Of a DNA stretch of 52,429 nt, positions 36,901-46,442 are shown piece after piece; the stretch's first letter is position 1; each line of letters begins with the position of its first letter. Source of the stretch: a virus (taxonomy: Duplodnaviria > Caudoviricetes). The position numbers and the translations under genes are program-made. The notes under the pieces are model-generated. The model was not told the origin of the DNA, did no database searches, and was given only the letters and a program-made list of their open reading frames with translations. The DNA is taken from the IMG/VR virus record IMGVR_UViG_3300049489_000174, positions 1 through 52,429 of that record; one strand, given 5' to 3'.

Positions 36901-38067
36901 TTATGCGTTATATAGCTGAGCAACGTACCATGGAGCGCGAATGTATGCACCGCCGCGTTCATCAGCACGGAACTGAGCAACAACGTCACGATCAAAGTCG
37001 TCATCACTATTTGGTCCCTTAGCACGAACGCTAAGTGGGAATAATGTACGATAACGGAATGCAGTCTTAGGATCGCCAATGTACCAGTAATCAGCGGCGT
37101 TAGTAGCTGATACACCACCTTCGTTGACTAGGAGCCAATCTAGCCAAACGCTAGAAAGAACACTCATAGCATTGATAGGATTGCCGCTGATCGTGACGCG
37201 ATTACCAGTGTTGGTAGCTTCACGCACTTCTGTAGCGTTGAGGATACGCTTAGCAGTGTTGACCTTATAGGCACTTACAACCATAACCTTTGGAGTTACA
37301 GCGATAGGTTCACCTAGAGTGCGATCATCCTTCATAGCAGTGAACAACTGCATAGCAGTGTCGACGCTAGTCCAGTCGGCTAGAGGAGTAGAAGCCTTCT
37401 TATTGATACGCGCACCAGTGGTCAGGTAGGTATTAGCTGCAACGCCCTTGCGTGAGAAGCTATTATCTAGACCAGCGAACACGCGAAGAATGCGCTTCTC
37501 TTTATCAGTACCTAGACGCTTACCAATGCTCTGAGCCATCTCTAGGACTTTATCAGTCTTATCGAAGAAGATGATTTCGCGAGTTAGGCTGATACGTAGA
37601 CCGCGCTTCTTAGTACGAGGAACGTCGATGTAATCCTCACCGAACTTGGTGTCAGGATATTCCTCGCCTTCCTTCACTTCTAGAGCGTTATCATCAATAG
37701 GAGCAATACCAGGTTCACGGGTATTGTCTTCGTTAGAAGTTTCCTCTGAGACTAGCTGTGATCCGATGAACTCTGGAGCCTTATATGCCTCTAGAACACC
37801 CTGCATAATAAGGGTCTGAGTGATATTAGTGAATGCAGTCGAGTTTACTGGGTCAGTAGCTTCTTGAATAACCTTGGCTGAGCCTTCTGGACTATCCTTG
37901 CTTAGCTTCTGTAGGCAAGCAGAACCAAGAGTAGATTCAGCAATATCACGGATGCTTAGTTCATCCTTAGTGATCTTGCCTTCCTTCATAAGACTGACGA
38001 TATTCTCGGCTGTCTCACGAACTTCTGCTTTAGTCTTGCCTTCAAAGGCGACTGATAGATTTGACAT
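36901..38067 (-). CDS. major capsid protein (HK97 fold, Mu gpT-like)
   Basis: VKEGEEYP...K.G..ISLTREII..D; position; strong codon bias. Confidence 0.9.
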   Translation of the reverse strand: MSNLSVAFEGKTKAEVRETAENIVSLMKEGKITKDELSIRDIAESTLGSACLQKLSKDSPEGSAKVIQEATDPVNSTAFTNITQTLIMQGVLEAYKAPEFIGSQLVSEETSNEDNTREPGIAPIDDNALEVKEGEEYPDTKFGEDYIDVPRTKKRGLRISLTREIIFFDKTDKVLEMAQSIGKRLGTDKEKRILRVFAGLDNSFSRKGVAANTYLTTGARINKKASTPLADWTSVDTAMQLFTAMKDDRTLGEPIAVTPKVMVVSAYKVNTAKRILNATEVREATNTGNRVTISGNPINAMSVLSSVWLDWLLVNEGGVSATNAADYWYIGDPKTAFRYRTLFPLSVRAKGPNSDDDFDRDVVAQFRADERGGAYIRAPWYVAQLYNA

Positions 38068-38085
38068 ATTATAAGCTCCTATTTA

Positions 38086-38565
38086 TTAGCGCTTAATAGC
38101 TGTATTGATGAGGCGGACTAGAACAGTTGTTGAACCAATCGGTGCTTCCTTGACTACAACACCAACTGCACGAGCCTTAGTAGCAACTGCTTCATAGGTC
38201 TGCTTTAGGTTGTTACCAGTGTCCTTCGATAGCCCAACATAGGTACCGAATAGATAAGCTGATGCAGCAGCAACAGTAAGAGGAACTTCAAAGTTACCAT
38301 CTTGTAGAAGCTGAACTTCTAGATCACGAGGATCAGTAGAAGCTGCACGACTACGGCCACTTGCAATACCACCTAAGGCAGCAGCAAAGTTAGTCTGAGT
38401 AGTAGCTAGATCAGTAGTCCAAGTGAATGAAGTTGCAGCTAAAGCTTTACCTGACACTACTGCGGTAGCATCACCAGGGAGAATAGTTGCAGCAGGGACA
38501 GTTGAGTTGAGTGTAACAGCTAATGTTACAGGCTCAGTAGGACCAGTACGATGAATAGTTGGCAT
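38086..38565 (-). CDS. capsid decoration/cement protein
   Basis: Ala/Thr-rich beta protein directly upstream of the capsid gene. Confidence 0.7.
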   Translation of the reverse strand: MPTIHRTGPTEPVTLAVTLNSTVPAATILPGDATAVVSGKALAATSFTWTTDLATTQTNFAAALGGIASGRSRAASTDPRDLEVQLLQDGNFEVPLTVAAASAYLFGTYVGLSKDTGNNLKQTYEAVATKARAVGVVVKEAPIGSTTVLVRLINTAIKR

Positions 38566-38577
38566 ATATTATATTCC

Positions 38578-39678
38578 TTACTTTTTACCTAGGGCTGCTA
38601 GGATTGAATCTTTATCGCACTTCTTCTTTCCTGGTGCTTTTGGAGTAGTTTCGACGCTCTCATGCTTGAGAGTCTGAGGAACTTCCTTAGCTATAGCCTT
38701 ACGATCAGCTAGAAGCTCTGTGGTATCTTTACCAGCTTCAATAGCTTCACGAACTAGCTTGGTGAATGTTGCAGTCACTAGATTAGCTGGAATACCAGTG
38801 ATGGCTTCCTGTACCTTCTTATCTAGTACCTTTTCTGCTTCGATAGCTTCTTCCTTAATCGCGGAGACAATGTCTTTACGAGAAGTCTTAAGCATTTCTA
38901 GCGTAACTTCTTCAATCTTCATATCATTTCCTTCTGTAGAGGTTGATGCAGATGTTGATTCTTGCACTGGAAAGAGTTTGCTAACTTCAAGGGTAGCATC
39001 CTCGTATATCGATTTTAATTTTAATGCCTTTTCCTTAGCGGTCAAACTCTTTTCCATTGAATACATGCTTTCCCACACTAAATCGCTAACTGCCCTTGCA
39101 ACTGTCCGTATTTTATCATCATCAGTTAGTTCAGTAATCTTATCTCCTACTACACCTTCTGAGAATAGACCATTAGTAGTGGATGCGTTACTTACTATAT
39201 CAACAGAGAATACTTTACCTACTTTGGTTACTGCATTCTCTGATTCTGAATAAACTACTTGTGCGACGTGCGACATACCTAGCTTAGAAGGCTTGTTCTC
39301 TGCCCACCACTTAACGGCTTCAAACAATGGGTGCTTCTCGTTAAGAACTACATCACCATATATTCCTTTACCTTCTTTGAATACTGGTGAGTCAATATAG
39401 CCTATCTTATCAGCAATGTCACGGTTCTGATATTCTGATTTATTATGATTGGTGTTTACATCCACACCATTATAATTAGACACAGAAGCTGATAGGGCTT
39501 CTTCTTTATAAGTATAAGGATCAGTTTTACCCTTTTCCTTATTCTTAGCCTTTAAGCCTACAAGGTGAACGTCTTTTATACGATTACCTTCAACCTTTAG
39601 GGCTTCATTATATACCTGTAATGACTCGCCATTAGGAGTTACTACAGTGTCTTCAAAGTGTACTTTGCGTTTACTCAT
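38578..39678 (-). CDS. prohead protease-scaffold protein
   Basis: NTNH, GMSH, SVDIVSNASTT.GLFSE protease motifs; helical C-terminal scaffold. Confidence 0.85.
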   Translation of the reverse strand: MSKRKVHFEDTVVTPNGESLQVYNEALKVEGNRIKDVHLVGLKAKNKEKGKTDPYTYKEEALSASVSNYNGVDVNTNHNKSEYQNRDIADKIGYIDSPVFKEGKGIYGDVVLNEKHPLFEAVKWWAENKPSKLGMSHVAQVVYSESENAVTKVGKVFSVDIVSNASTTNGLFSEGVVGDKITELTDDDKIRTVARAVSDLVWESMYSMEKSLTAKEKALKLKSIYEDATLEVSKLFPVQESTSASTSTEGNDMKIEEVTLEMLKTSRKDIVSAIKEEAIEAEKVLDKKVQEAITGIPANLVTATFTKLVREAIEAGKDTTELLADRKAIAKEVPQTLKHESVETTPKAPGKKKCDKDSILAALGKK

Positions 39679-40040
39679 TTGATTCGTCCTTCTACTAGTT
39701 GTAGGCGAGTATCCATAGCACTTACAACTTTATTAAAAGTCTTAAGTTCTACTTCTACACTCTTTATTAGTTCTTTAAGTTCTACGTTATTAGCCTTCAT
39801 ATTTGACAAGTGAATATCATGCTCTTTGATAGCGATGGTATTACCAGCGGATATTCCGTGTAGCCATACAAGATACATTATAATGAATGGAGTTACACTT
39901 ACAACAGCGTATTGTAGTATTGATTTAATACTTACTGCATTTAGTTTCTCTGTAGCCACGTTACGCTGGTCTTTACTGTTATGATGTGAATGGAAATCAA
40001 AGTCATCGTAGGATTCATTTTGCTTCTTAGCAGTTGTCAT
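39675..40040 (-). CDS. single-TM coiled-coil membrane protein (holin/XhlA-like candidate)
   Basis: TM ILQYAVVSVTPFIIMYLVWL followed by a heptad coil. Confidence 0.5.
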   Translation of the reverse strand: MTTAKKQNESYDDFDFHSHHNSKDQRNVATEKLNAVSIKSILQYAVVSVTPFIIMYLVWLHGISAGNTIAIKEHDIHLSNMKANNVELKELIKSVEVELKTFNKVVSAMDTRLQLVEGRIK

Positions 40041-41509
40041 TGCTTTCCTCCCCCTGCATCAGCAGATTTAGGTGTTCCTTTTGAGGTTGTCATTCCGTCA
40101 TTTGAAGCGTTATTAGATGCAAATGTGCCGCCAGCACTACCAGGAGCTATTTCACCTGGCTGTAATGTTGCTATGTGACGAATGGTATCTGCGCGTTCTA
40201 TATTATAGTTGAATCCGAAGGTACGAGATATAGTACGTGGACCGACAGAGCCTACCTGTTGTAATACTTGAAGCACTCTTGCTTCATCTAGTGATTTACC
40301 AACAGCTAGACGTGGTCCGAAAACCCATATAGCATACTTAGTCTTTTCGCGTTCTGTATTAATACCCATTAATTCTTGGACACGCCAAAATAGCTCTATA
40401 ACATGATCATATAACCACATCTGCTCAGTGCTAAAGTTTGCTATTACTGGTGATCCAGGCGACAGTGGATCAGTGGGTTCTTTTGCTAGAAGCCAATCAA
40501 CAGGTAGTACATGTCCTGCTGCTATCTGCGCTAATTCTTTATCTATTACACCAATGAAGTTAGAAGTATTAATAGAATGTGCTGGAAACTCATATGTAGT
40601 TCCCTTCGGTGCATCTAATATAGTACCAGCACTTAGTTTACGTGCGGTAGTAGATTTACCAGTTACAGAGTCGGTACGTGTACGTCCATCAGATTGCTTA
40701 TTTACTAATGATTGCACGCGAGCCTGGGACTGATTCTCATGCTGCCGTATTAATGCAATAGCTGATTGAATCTGTGTTAAAGTAGACACATTTAATAGTA
40801 ACTTATCTAAACGACGGAAATTAGTAAACAATGGCCAGTTGTCAGGAATACCTCTAGGCGTATCCATATCAACATTACGCTTACCATGTATAACTTTTTC
40901 TTCTGGTATAGTAGATTCTACACCACCTATATTAACAACATAGCCTATGACTGATTCATAATCGGTTGGTGTCTTTAGTTTTATACCAGAGGGTGCTTTT
41001 ACTGAGTCGCTTGAACGAACTACATAAGGATCAATAAAGCGTAATGTAGGAACATCATTGGTATCGTAGATACGCCAGAGGAACTCTCCATCACGCTTTG
41101 CACGCTTTAATGTATCTATCAAACGTAGGTCAAACTTGTTAGCAGTACAGAAGGCTTGCCAGTTCTCCTTCATCTTCTTTATTTTACTATCTGGCTTTGC
41201 TTTCCCTATGTCCTGCGGTTCGCCTAGATATTCAGCGGGTGTTATCTCTACTGTTACACCATTACCAATGATGTGATTACGATAATGAAATTGTATATTC
41301 TTTGCTATTTCGTTCGTAGAGTCAATGGTACGCGAGATTTTACGAATACTATCTAACTGCGCATCAGTAAACTCAAATGCCTTATCTTGTAATGTAAGAG
41401 TTAAATCAGCATATCCAGGAAATGACTCTAATGGATCAGAGTATACTTCTGATGCTTCTTGAACTAACCTCTCAACAAATGTTTCTAGAGATTTAGATAA
41501 TTTGCTCAT
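40037..41509 (-). CDS. portal protein (lambda-like)
   Basis: IIGNG, RDGEF, VIH......RGIP motifs; between terminase and protease. Confidence 0.85.
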   Translation of the reverse strand: MSKLSKSLETFVERLVQEASEVYSDPLESFPGYADLTLTLQDKAFEFTDAQLDSIRKISRTIDSTNEIAKNIQFHYRNHIIGNGVTVEITPAEYLGEPQDIGKAKPDSKIKKMKENWQAFCTANKFDLRLIDTLKRAKRDGEFLWRIYDTNDVPTLRFIDPYVVRSSDSVKAPSGIKLKTPTDYESVIGYVVNIGGVESTIPEEKVIHGKRNVDMDTPRGIPDNWPLFTNFRRLDKLLLNVSTLTQIQSAIALIRQHENQSQARVQSLVNKQSDGRTRTDSVTGKSTTARKLSAGTILDAPKGTTYEFPAHSINTSNFIGVIDKELAQIAAGHVLPVDWLLAKEPTDPLSPGSPVIANFSTEQMWLYDHVIELFWRVQELMGINTEREKTKYAIWVFGPRLAVGKSLDEARVLQVLQQVGSVGPRTISRTFGFNYNIERADTIRHIATLQPGEIAPGSAGGTFASNNASNDGMTTSKGTPKSADAGGGKQ

Positions 41510-41546
41510 GATTATATTTTATCCTTATTTACATTACTTCAAGTGT

Positions 41547-42824
41547 TTATACAGCGAATGTTGGTCCTGATTTAATTACTGCTGTTTCATATGCCTCTAA
41601 TAAACTACCGTTCCATGCTAGCCCATTATTAAGCGGCATTTTGAAATATGACGCTGGCATTACCATTAGCCTAGGCAAAGTTCCACCGCCGCCTGGGTTA
41701 AACGTGCCTATTATTCCATTTTCTAATAAACATATATCATAATAGTCAGCCGCTTCTACATCACACGTACCTACGGTTAATTTGTTGGTAGTTCTAGTAT
41801 GAACAACTGTATATGTAGCACCTGAACCAGACCAGCTTCCAGTGAATGTTGGCCAATCACCATAACCTGTACCAACACATCCTGGAGTTATTCCAGTACA
41901 AGGACAAGACCCGCTAATCATTCCAATATATGCCCCACTATTTTTTATGTATCCTGGATCTGATCCATATGGTGTATATACGTACTCATACGTCATTCTT
42001 CTTGTTAAGTTATCAGGTGATGTGTAGTTTTCCTCTACTGTCCACGAAAATTCAGTATAGGAATCCATAAACTCTAGTATTACTTCTGGTAATATAACTC
42101 CATTTAATGATACTGTTACACCGCATTTTAATGAAGTGCCATTAAACCCTATTTGACCAACATAAGTACCACCTGTAGATTCCATTCTGCTCATAACCAT
42201 AACAGTGAAGCCACCTTGAAATACAGTAGTTGATCCATTGCCGACTGAGCATATATTAGCACCGCTCTGAGATACTATAGCACTATTCCTAGTGCCGGAA
42301 ATCCATCTAGATGATTGTATTTTAACATTTGGTTGTGTTGCTATAAAAATACCTACTGGCGTGTATTCATTAGCTTTTACATTAGACCCACCAGAAAACC
42401 CATATGGAGTATATCCAGATGGTACTAATACAGTTCTATATGGTATTAATACATTTGGTGCGGGCGGTATACATTCCACCTGATCCATTTGTATTTTCTT
42501 TTCTGGCGTATATCCAGCCGTTATTATTGTTTTTAATTTATCCTTCGTACCTTCTAGCACATTATTACAGTTACATATCATCTTAGCTTTCTTACCAGTG
42601 TAGTTTGAATGTGTGAATGTAGCCCCTAACCCAAATCCATCTGAAGAAACAGACACAGATCCATCGTGATTTTTGAACTTTATCTGTCCATCTCTATATA
42701 TTAACCAGCCAGATGATACTCTATCGCTGCCATCACCATCGACACCTAATGAGCCTCCTGGCTGCTTATCGAACGATAAATCTATTATCTTTTCACCTTC
42801 TAAACATCCACATGTTAAGCTCAT
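41547..42824 (-). CDS. Cys/Gly-rich beta protein of unknown function
   Basis: 425 aa; CGC, CNC, CPC; inserted between terminase and portal. Confidence 0.7.
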   Translation of the reverse strand: MSLTCGCLEGEKIIDLSFDKQPGGSLGVDGDGSDRVSSGWLIYRDGQIKFKNHDGSVSVSSDGFGLGATFTHSNYTGKKAKMICNCNNVLEGTKDKLKTIITAGYTPEKKIQMDQVECIPPAPNVLIPYRTVLVPSGYTPYGFSGGSNVKANEYTPVGIFIATQPNVKIQSSRWISGTRNSAIVSQSGANICSVGNGSTTVFQGGFTVMVMSRMESTGGTYVGQIGFNGTSLKCGVTVSLNGVILPEVILEFMDSYTEFSWTVEENYTSPDNLTRRMTYEYVYTPYGSDPGYIKNSGAYIGMISGSCPCTGITPGCVGTGYGDWPTFTGSWSGSGATYTVVHTRTTNKLTVGTCDVEAADYYDICLLENGIIGTFNPGGGGTLPRLMVMPASYFKMPLNNGLAWNGSLLEAYETAVIKSGPTFAV

Positions 42825-43519
42825 ATATCTGCTTTCGTATTGTCAATAATCCTCTTTACATCAGCATCTTGAAATTCTCTATGTTCATTCTTATTATATA
42901 AATACTCCACATATTCTTTCTTATCTTTAGGTACTGCACTTTCTATAACATCTTTGGCTAGATCATAATATGCTTTTGAATCACTTAGTGACGACCTGTA
43001 CTTGATAAGCACATATATCCCTATACACAAAGATATACACGCAAGCCCATAACCAAAGTATAACCAATACGCCAACACTTGAGGTATAGCTAATGCTAAT
43101 CCCATTGTAGCTGCACAAGCGATCCCCGTCGTTAAAATCATCTTCTTTGCTATTGGAGAAAAGAAAAAAAGGAACACACATACTAGAACGCCTATTAAGC
43201 ATACTCCAGCACATGAGTAAGAGATTAATTTTAGTTTATCTAATCGTTCTTCTTCCAGCTGCTTTTTCTTTATATCTAATTCAGCCTCATATGCAGCTAG
43301 TAATGCTTTAGTCTTAGCTATATATGATTGTAGTTTCTTAACGGCTTCTGGAGTTGGTACTTCTTCTGCTACATTATTATATGTAGGCGATGCTGTAGCA
43401 CTTCCAGCAGATATTCCTTCTGCTATTTTATTGGTGGTATTGTTAATACGCTCTTGTATTCCTTCACCTTTACAGGATAGCATTAGCATTGATATTACTA
43501 TTAATAGTAATGTACGCAT
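42821..43519 (-). CDS. lipoprotein with coiled coil and three TM helices (spanin/lysis candidate)
   Basis: signal peptide with lipobox MLS-C16; amphipathic helix; three hydrophobic segments. Confidence 0.6.
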   Translation of the reverse strand: MRTLLLIVISMLMLSCKGEGIQERINNTTNKIAEGISAGSATASPTYNNVAEEVPTPEAVKKLQSYIAKTKALLAAYEAELDIKKKQLEEERLDKLKLISYSCAGVCLIGVLVCVFLFFFSPIAKKMILTTGIACAATMGLALAIPQVLAYWLYFGYGLACISLCIGIYVLIKYRSSLSDSKAYYDLAKDVIESAVPKDKKEYVEYLYNKNEHREFQDADVKRIIDNTKADI

Positions 43520-43527
43520 ATCGTTCC

Positions 43528-45105
43528 TTAATTGAATGATAATTGGTCGCCTAACCCATCATCACCTACTGCACTATCGTCTTGCACTTCATCGCTATCA
43601 CCTAGATCATGCACTGACGTTAGAAGTCTTATTAGTCCTTCTAATGCATCTGGCCCGTCATCATGATCTGAATTAGGATGATCTTGTATCTGCTCTAGTA
43701 GTATCTTTGTGTATGGGCAGTTTCGTTTGAATCTAAAGAATCCACGTTGAAACCATATAGATAACCGAGATATACGAGTATTCTTATGTACTCCATAGTT
43801 CTCAACACCTATTATATTTGGCGCAATTATGCCTTCCTCTTGTAACTTTGCAAATAGTTCCTCTGCTACTAATGCTTGGAAACCATTAGATTCACAGCCA
43901 AATGCTACATATCTAACCTGTTTATACCATTCTACGATAGTAGATGTAAGTTCAGTTAGCGGTATCTTTCTTATGTCGCACTCAATATAACAACATCTCT
44001 GTGCAGGGCAATAATGACCAGTGAGTATAGGGTTATAGTCACCACGTTTTGTTTCTAATCCTTTTGATGGATCGCAGAATCCTACGGTTACTAGCTTCTC
44101 ATCAGGTAGTTCATCATACATTACTGCATCAGAGAACCATTCTTCAGGAAACTCTGACTTTGTAGGATCTCTAGGATTATTCTGCTTTTCTGCATCAAAC
44201 GCAGCATCACCAATAGATGCACGTAGGCACATTAGATCGTAGTAATCTTCTTTCTCAGCCCATAGCACTTCTGTATCAGCAATCATTGCTGCTTTATTAT
44301 CTATAAATAGTTGTTTACACTCCTCTTTACGTCCATCGTTCCACAGCTTCTTCCACATCTTCCATAGTTCTTCTTCTTTACTCCATTTCATTACAGCGCT
44401 GAACTTAATGGTTATGAAGTCAGGACGATCAGCGAGTATACCTACCATACTCTTACGATGTAGATTATTGCCTACAACGAAGAAGTTAGTGTTTGTATCA
44501 CCACACGGTATCAATGCTCTATTTAGCCAGTTAATATCTTTGTCACGCATGGTCGGTGATCTAACATCATCATCACTCTGCGGGTCGTCTAGTACAATAA
44601 GCGTAGGACGAAATTGACGATATTTAATACCGCGAGCATTCTTGCCTTTACCTAATGCAGCTATGCATACACCACTAGCAGTGATTAAATACTCATCTGA
44701 CCAACTATCTCCTTTAGTGCAAGCCATCGGATACTTCTTACGAAGTTCCTCATTAGTCTCTAGTTCAGCACGTATGCTTTTAACGTATTTCACAGCCATA
44801 TCGCTGGTATCAGCACATAGTAATATGAATCTTTCTGATCCTTCACATATAGCTTTTAACGGCATAGCAAATGAGCAGAATGTGCTCTTTGCATATCCAC
44901 GCGGAACTATAACAGTACGCCTCTGCTTTCTACTGAACTTTAATTCATCAGCAGTGCGGCATAATGTATGATGTACTTCACTAAATCCTTTATCGAAGTA
45001 GTGAGGTATATACTTTTGTGCCCATTCTAGCAGACCTATTTCATCAGTTTGTACTGCTTTCGCTCTTATGCGATCTGCGAGCGACGTTAGTATATTCTCT
45101 GTCAT
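43528..45105 (-). CDS. terL: terminase large subunit
   Basis: PRGYAKST Walker A, LIVLDD Walker B, EKQNNP, CDPS, ESNGFQ, HDDGPDA nuclease motif. Confidence 0.95.
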   Translation of the reverse strand: MTENILTSLADRIRAKAVQTDEIGLLEWAQKYIPHYFDKGFSEVHHTLCRTADELKFSRKQRRTVIVPRGYAKSTFCSFAMPLKAICEGSERFILLCADTSDMAVKYVKSIRAELETNEELRKKYPMACTKGDSWSDEYLITASGVCIAALGKGKNARGIKYRQFRPTLIVLDDPQSDDDVRSPTMRDKDINWLNRALIPCGDTNTNFFVVGNNLHRKSMVGILADRPDFITIKFSAVMKWSKEEELWKMWKKLWNDGRKEECKQLFIDNKAAMIADTEVLWAEKEDYYDLMCLRASIGDAAFDAEKQNNPRDPTKSEFPEEWFSDAVMYDELPDEKLVTVGFCDPSKGLETKRGDYNPILTGHYCPAQRCCYIECDIRKIPLTELTSTIVEWYKQVRYVAFGCESNGFQALVAEELFAKLQEEGIIAPNIIGVENYGVHKNTRISRLSIWFQRGFFRFKRNCPYTKILLEQIQDHPNSDHDDGPDALEGLIRLLTSVHDLGDSDEVQDDSAVGDDGLGDQLSFN

Positions 45106-45929
45106 ATACCATTTTCCTCGTCGTCTATCGTCATACGTGCTGCTTGCTCTTTCAGTGAGTCGTGCAGTAATCGTATCTTTACATCTTCACCACGTATCTT
45201 TATTGTATCGCCAGGAGTGAATGGTATGTTTTCTACTGGTCTTGTTTTAGGTTGTAACTTCTCTATCTCTGATGCAACGGTTTCTAGGTACTGTGCTGGA
45301 ACGTATTTAGCTATAATGTCAGTTACACCAGAGAATATCTTTTCTATAGTCTCAGGAGTTATTTCATTCATCTTACTCATCTTCTCAGTTATCTGAGAGA
45401 TTTTCTCACACAGTATTGTTACTTGCGCTATAAGATCAATAGGTATTTGCCCTGTATTGACCTTCATCACGATTTCACTTAACATCAAACGCATCATCGC
45501 TTGTTCGGCGTCTAGCTGAATCTTAGTTGGTGAACGTAGTATAGCTTCGTAGCGTTCTTGCAGACTGGGATCAGAGAATAAATTAGTATACATATTAACT
45601 TTCTTTAAGTGCTTCTTACAAGTTAGTGAATTACTATATGTTGTGCATCTTTGATTGTATTTGTTTATCGCTACGCAGCGACGACGGCCTTTGTAATCTA
45701 CTTCCGGCAGTACGCCGGTACGTTCGTATATATTCCACATCAACTCATTTGCTCTTACATTACCTACTGCAACACCTAACTGTATCGCTGATAACAGTTC
45801 TGGATTATTACCATTGCATACTTGTACTATGCCTATGTACTCTAGATCAGTAACTAAATCTCTATTCTCAGTAATTATTTCTTTCCAATTACCGCCTTGC
45901 AGTTCAGTAGTTACAATATTACTTTCCAT
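45102..45929 (-). CDS. terS: putative terminase small subunit with CCCH zinc finger
   Basis: immediately upstream of terL; RCVAINKYNQRCTTYSNSLTCKKH; helical oligomerisation region. Confidence 0.6.
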   Translation of the reverse strand: MESNIVTTELQGGNWKEIITENRDLVTDLEYIGIVQVCNGNNPELLSAIQLGVAVGNVRANELMWNIYERTGVLPEVDYKGRRRCVAINKYNQRCTTYSNSLTCKKHLKKVNMYTNLFSDPSLQERYEAILRSPTKIQLDAEQAMMRLMLSEIVMKVNTGQIPIDLIAQVTILCEKISQITEKMSKMNEITPETIEKIFSGVTDIIAKYVPAQYLETVASEIEKLQPKTRPVENIPFTPGDTIKIRGEDVKIRLLHDSLKEQAARMTIDDEENGI

Positions 45930-45935
45930 ATAAGA

Positions 45936-45970
45936 ATTATACTTGACAATTACTATGTGTCAAGTATAAT
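45936..45970. promoter_or_regulatory. palindromic bidirectional promoter (TTGACA-N16-TATAAT on both strands)
   Basis: ATTATACTTGACA-N9-TGTCAAGTATAAT perfect 13-bp inverted repeat between divergent genes. Confidence 0.88.
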
Positions 45971-46005
45971 GTAACAGTTAGTATTCTACTAGCAATGGAG
46001 GAATT

Positions 46006-46398
46006 ATGCAACGAGTTGTTAATGAGTGGAAGTATGTGCCGGATAGGACTGATCTGATTATTCAGTCATTTAAGACTGGAGAAGTAGTTATATCGTTCTA
46101 TGGTATTAAACCAGATTATATCATGGCTCTGCGTCATCTACGCTGGTGCTTTGAGTCAAGTAAAGGACATGCCTATGCTACTGATCTTACAGCAGAGATT
46201 CCTAAACTTCTAAACTGCGGTACGCATAAAGTGTACTTATGGAAGTATCTATCTTATCTAATAACAGGTAAAGTTACTTCTGCATGGGTACGTATTAATC
46301 TATCTGAGTTTAGATTCGGTGAAGGTTCTATACTAGACAGCTCTGGATCAAGTATACTTTGGACGGACTTGGCTCCACTCCAGTTAAAAACTTCTTGA
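46006..46398 (+). CDS. degenerate HNH-endonuclease-like protein (one module)
   Basis: NEW...D...IKPD...LRW...KGHAY...VYLWKYL...SEFR follows phage HNH architecture but lacks the catalytic His/Asn; SD GGAGGA. Confidence 0.55.
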   Translation: MQRVVNEWKYVPDRTDLIIQSFKTGEVVISFYGIKPDYIMALRHLRWCFESSKGHAYATDLTAEIPKLLNCGTHKVYLWKYLSYLITGKVTSAWVRINLSEFRFGEGSILDSSGSSILWTDLAPLQLKTS

Positions 46399-46422
46399 CT
46401 TTTGTATAAAGTCGGGTATAAT
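46395..46422 (+). promoter_or_regulatory. sigma70-type promoter TTGACT-N16-TATAAT
   Basis: same spacer family as 6017 and 13048. Confidence 0.85.
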
Positions 46423-46442
46423 AGATTTACGGAGAGCCTATT

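Noticed and set aside
46398-46412. Lambda att-core-like sequence ACTTTTGTATAAAGT
   Set aside because: No integrase is encoded, and the sequence is better explained as the shared promoter spacer
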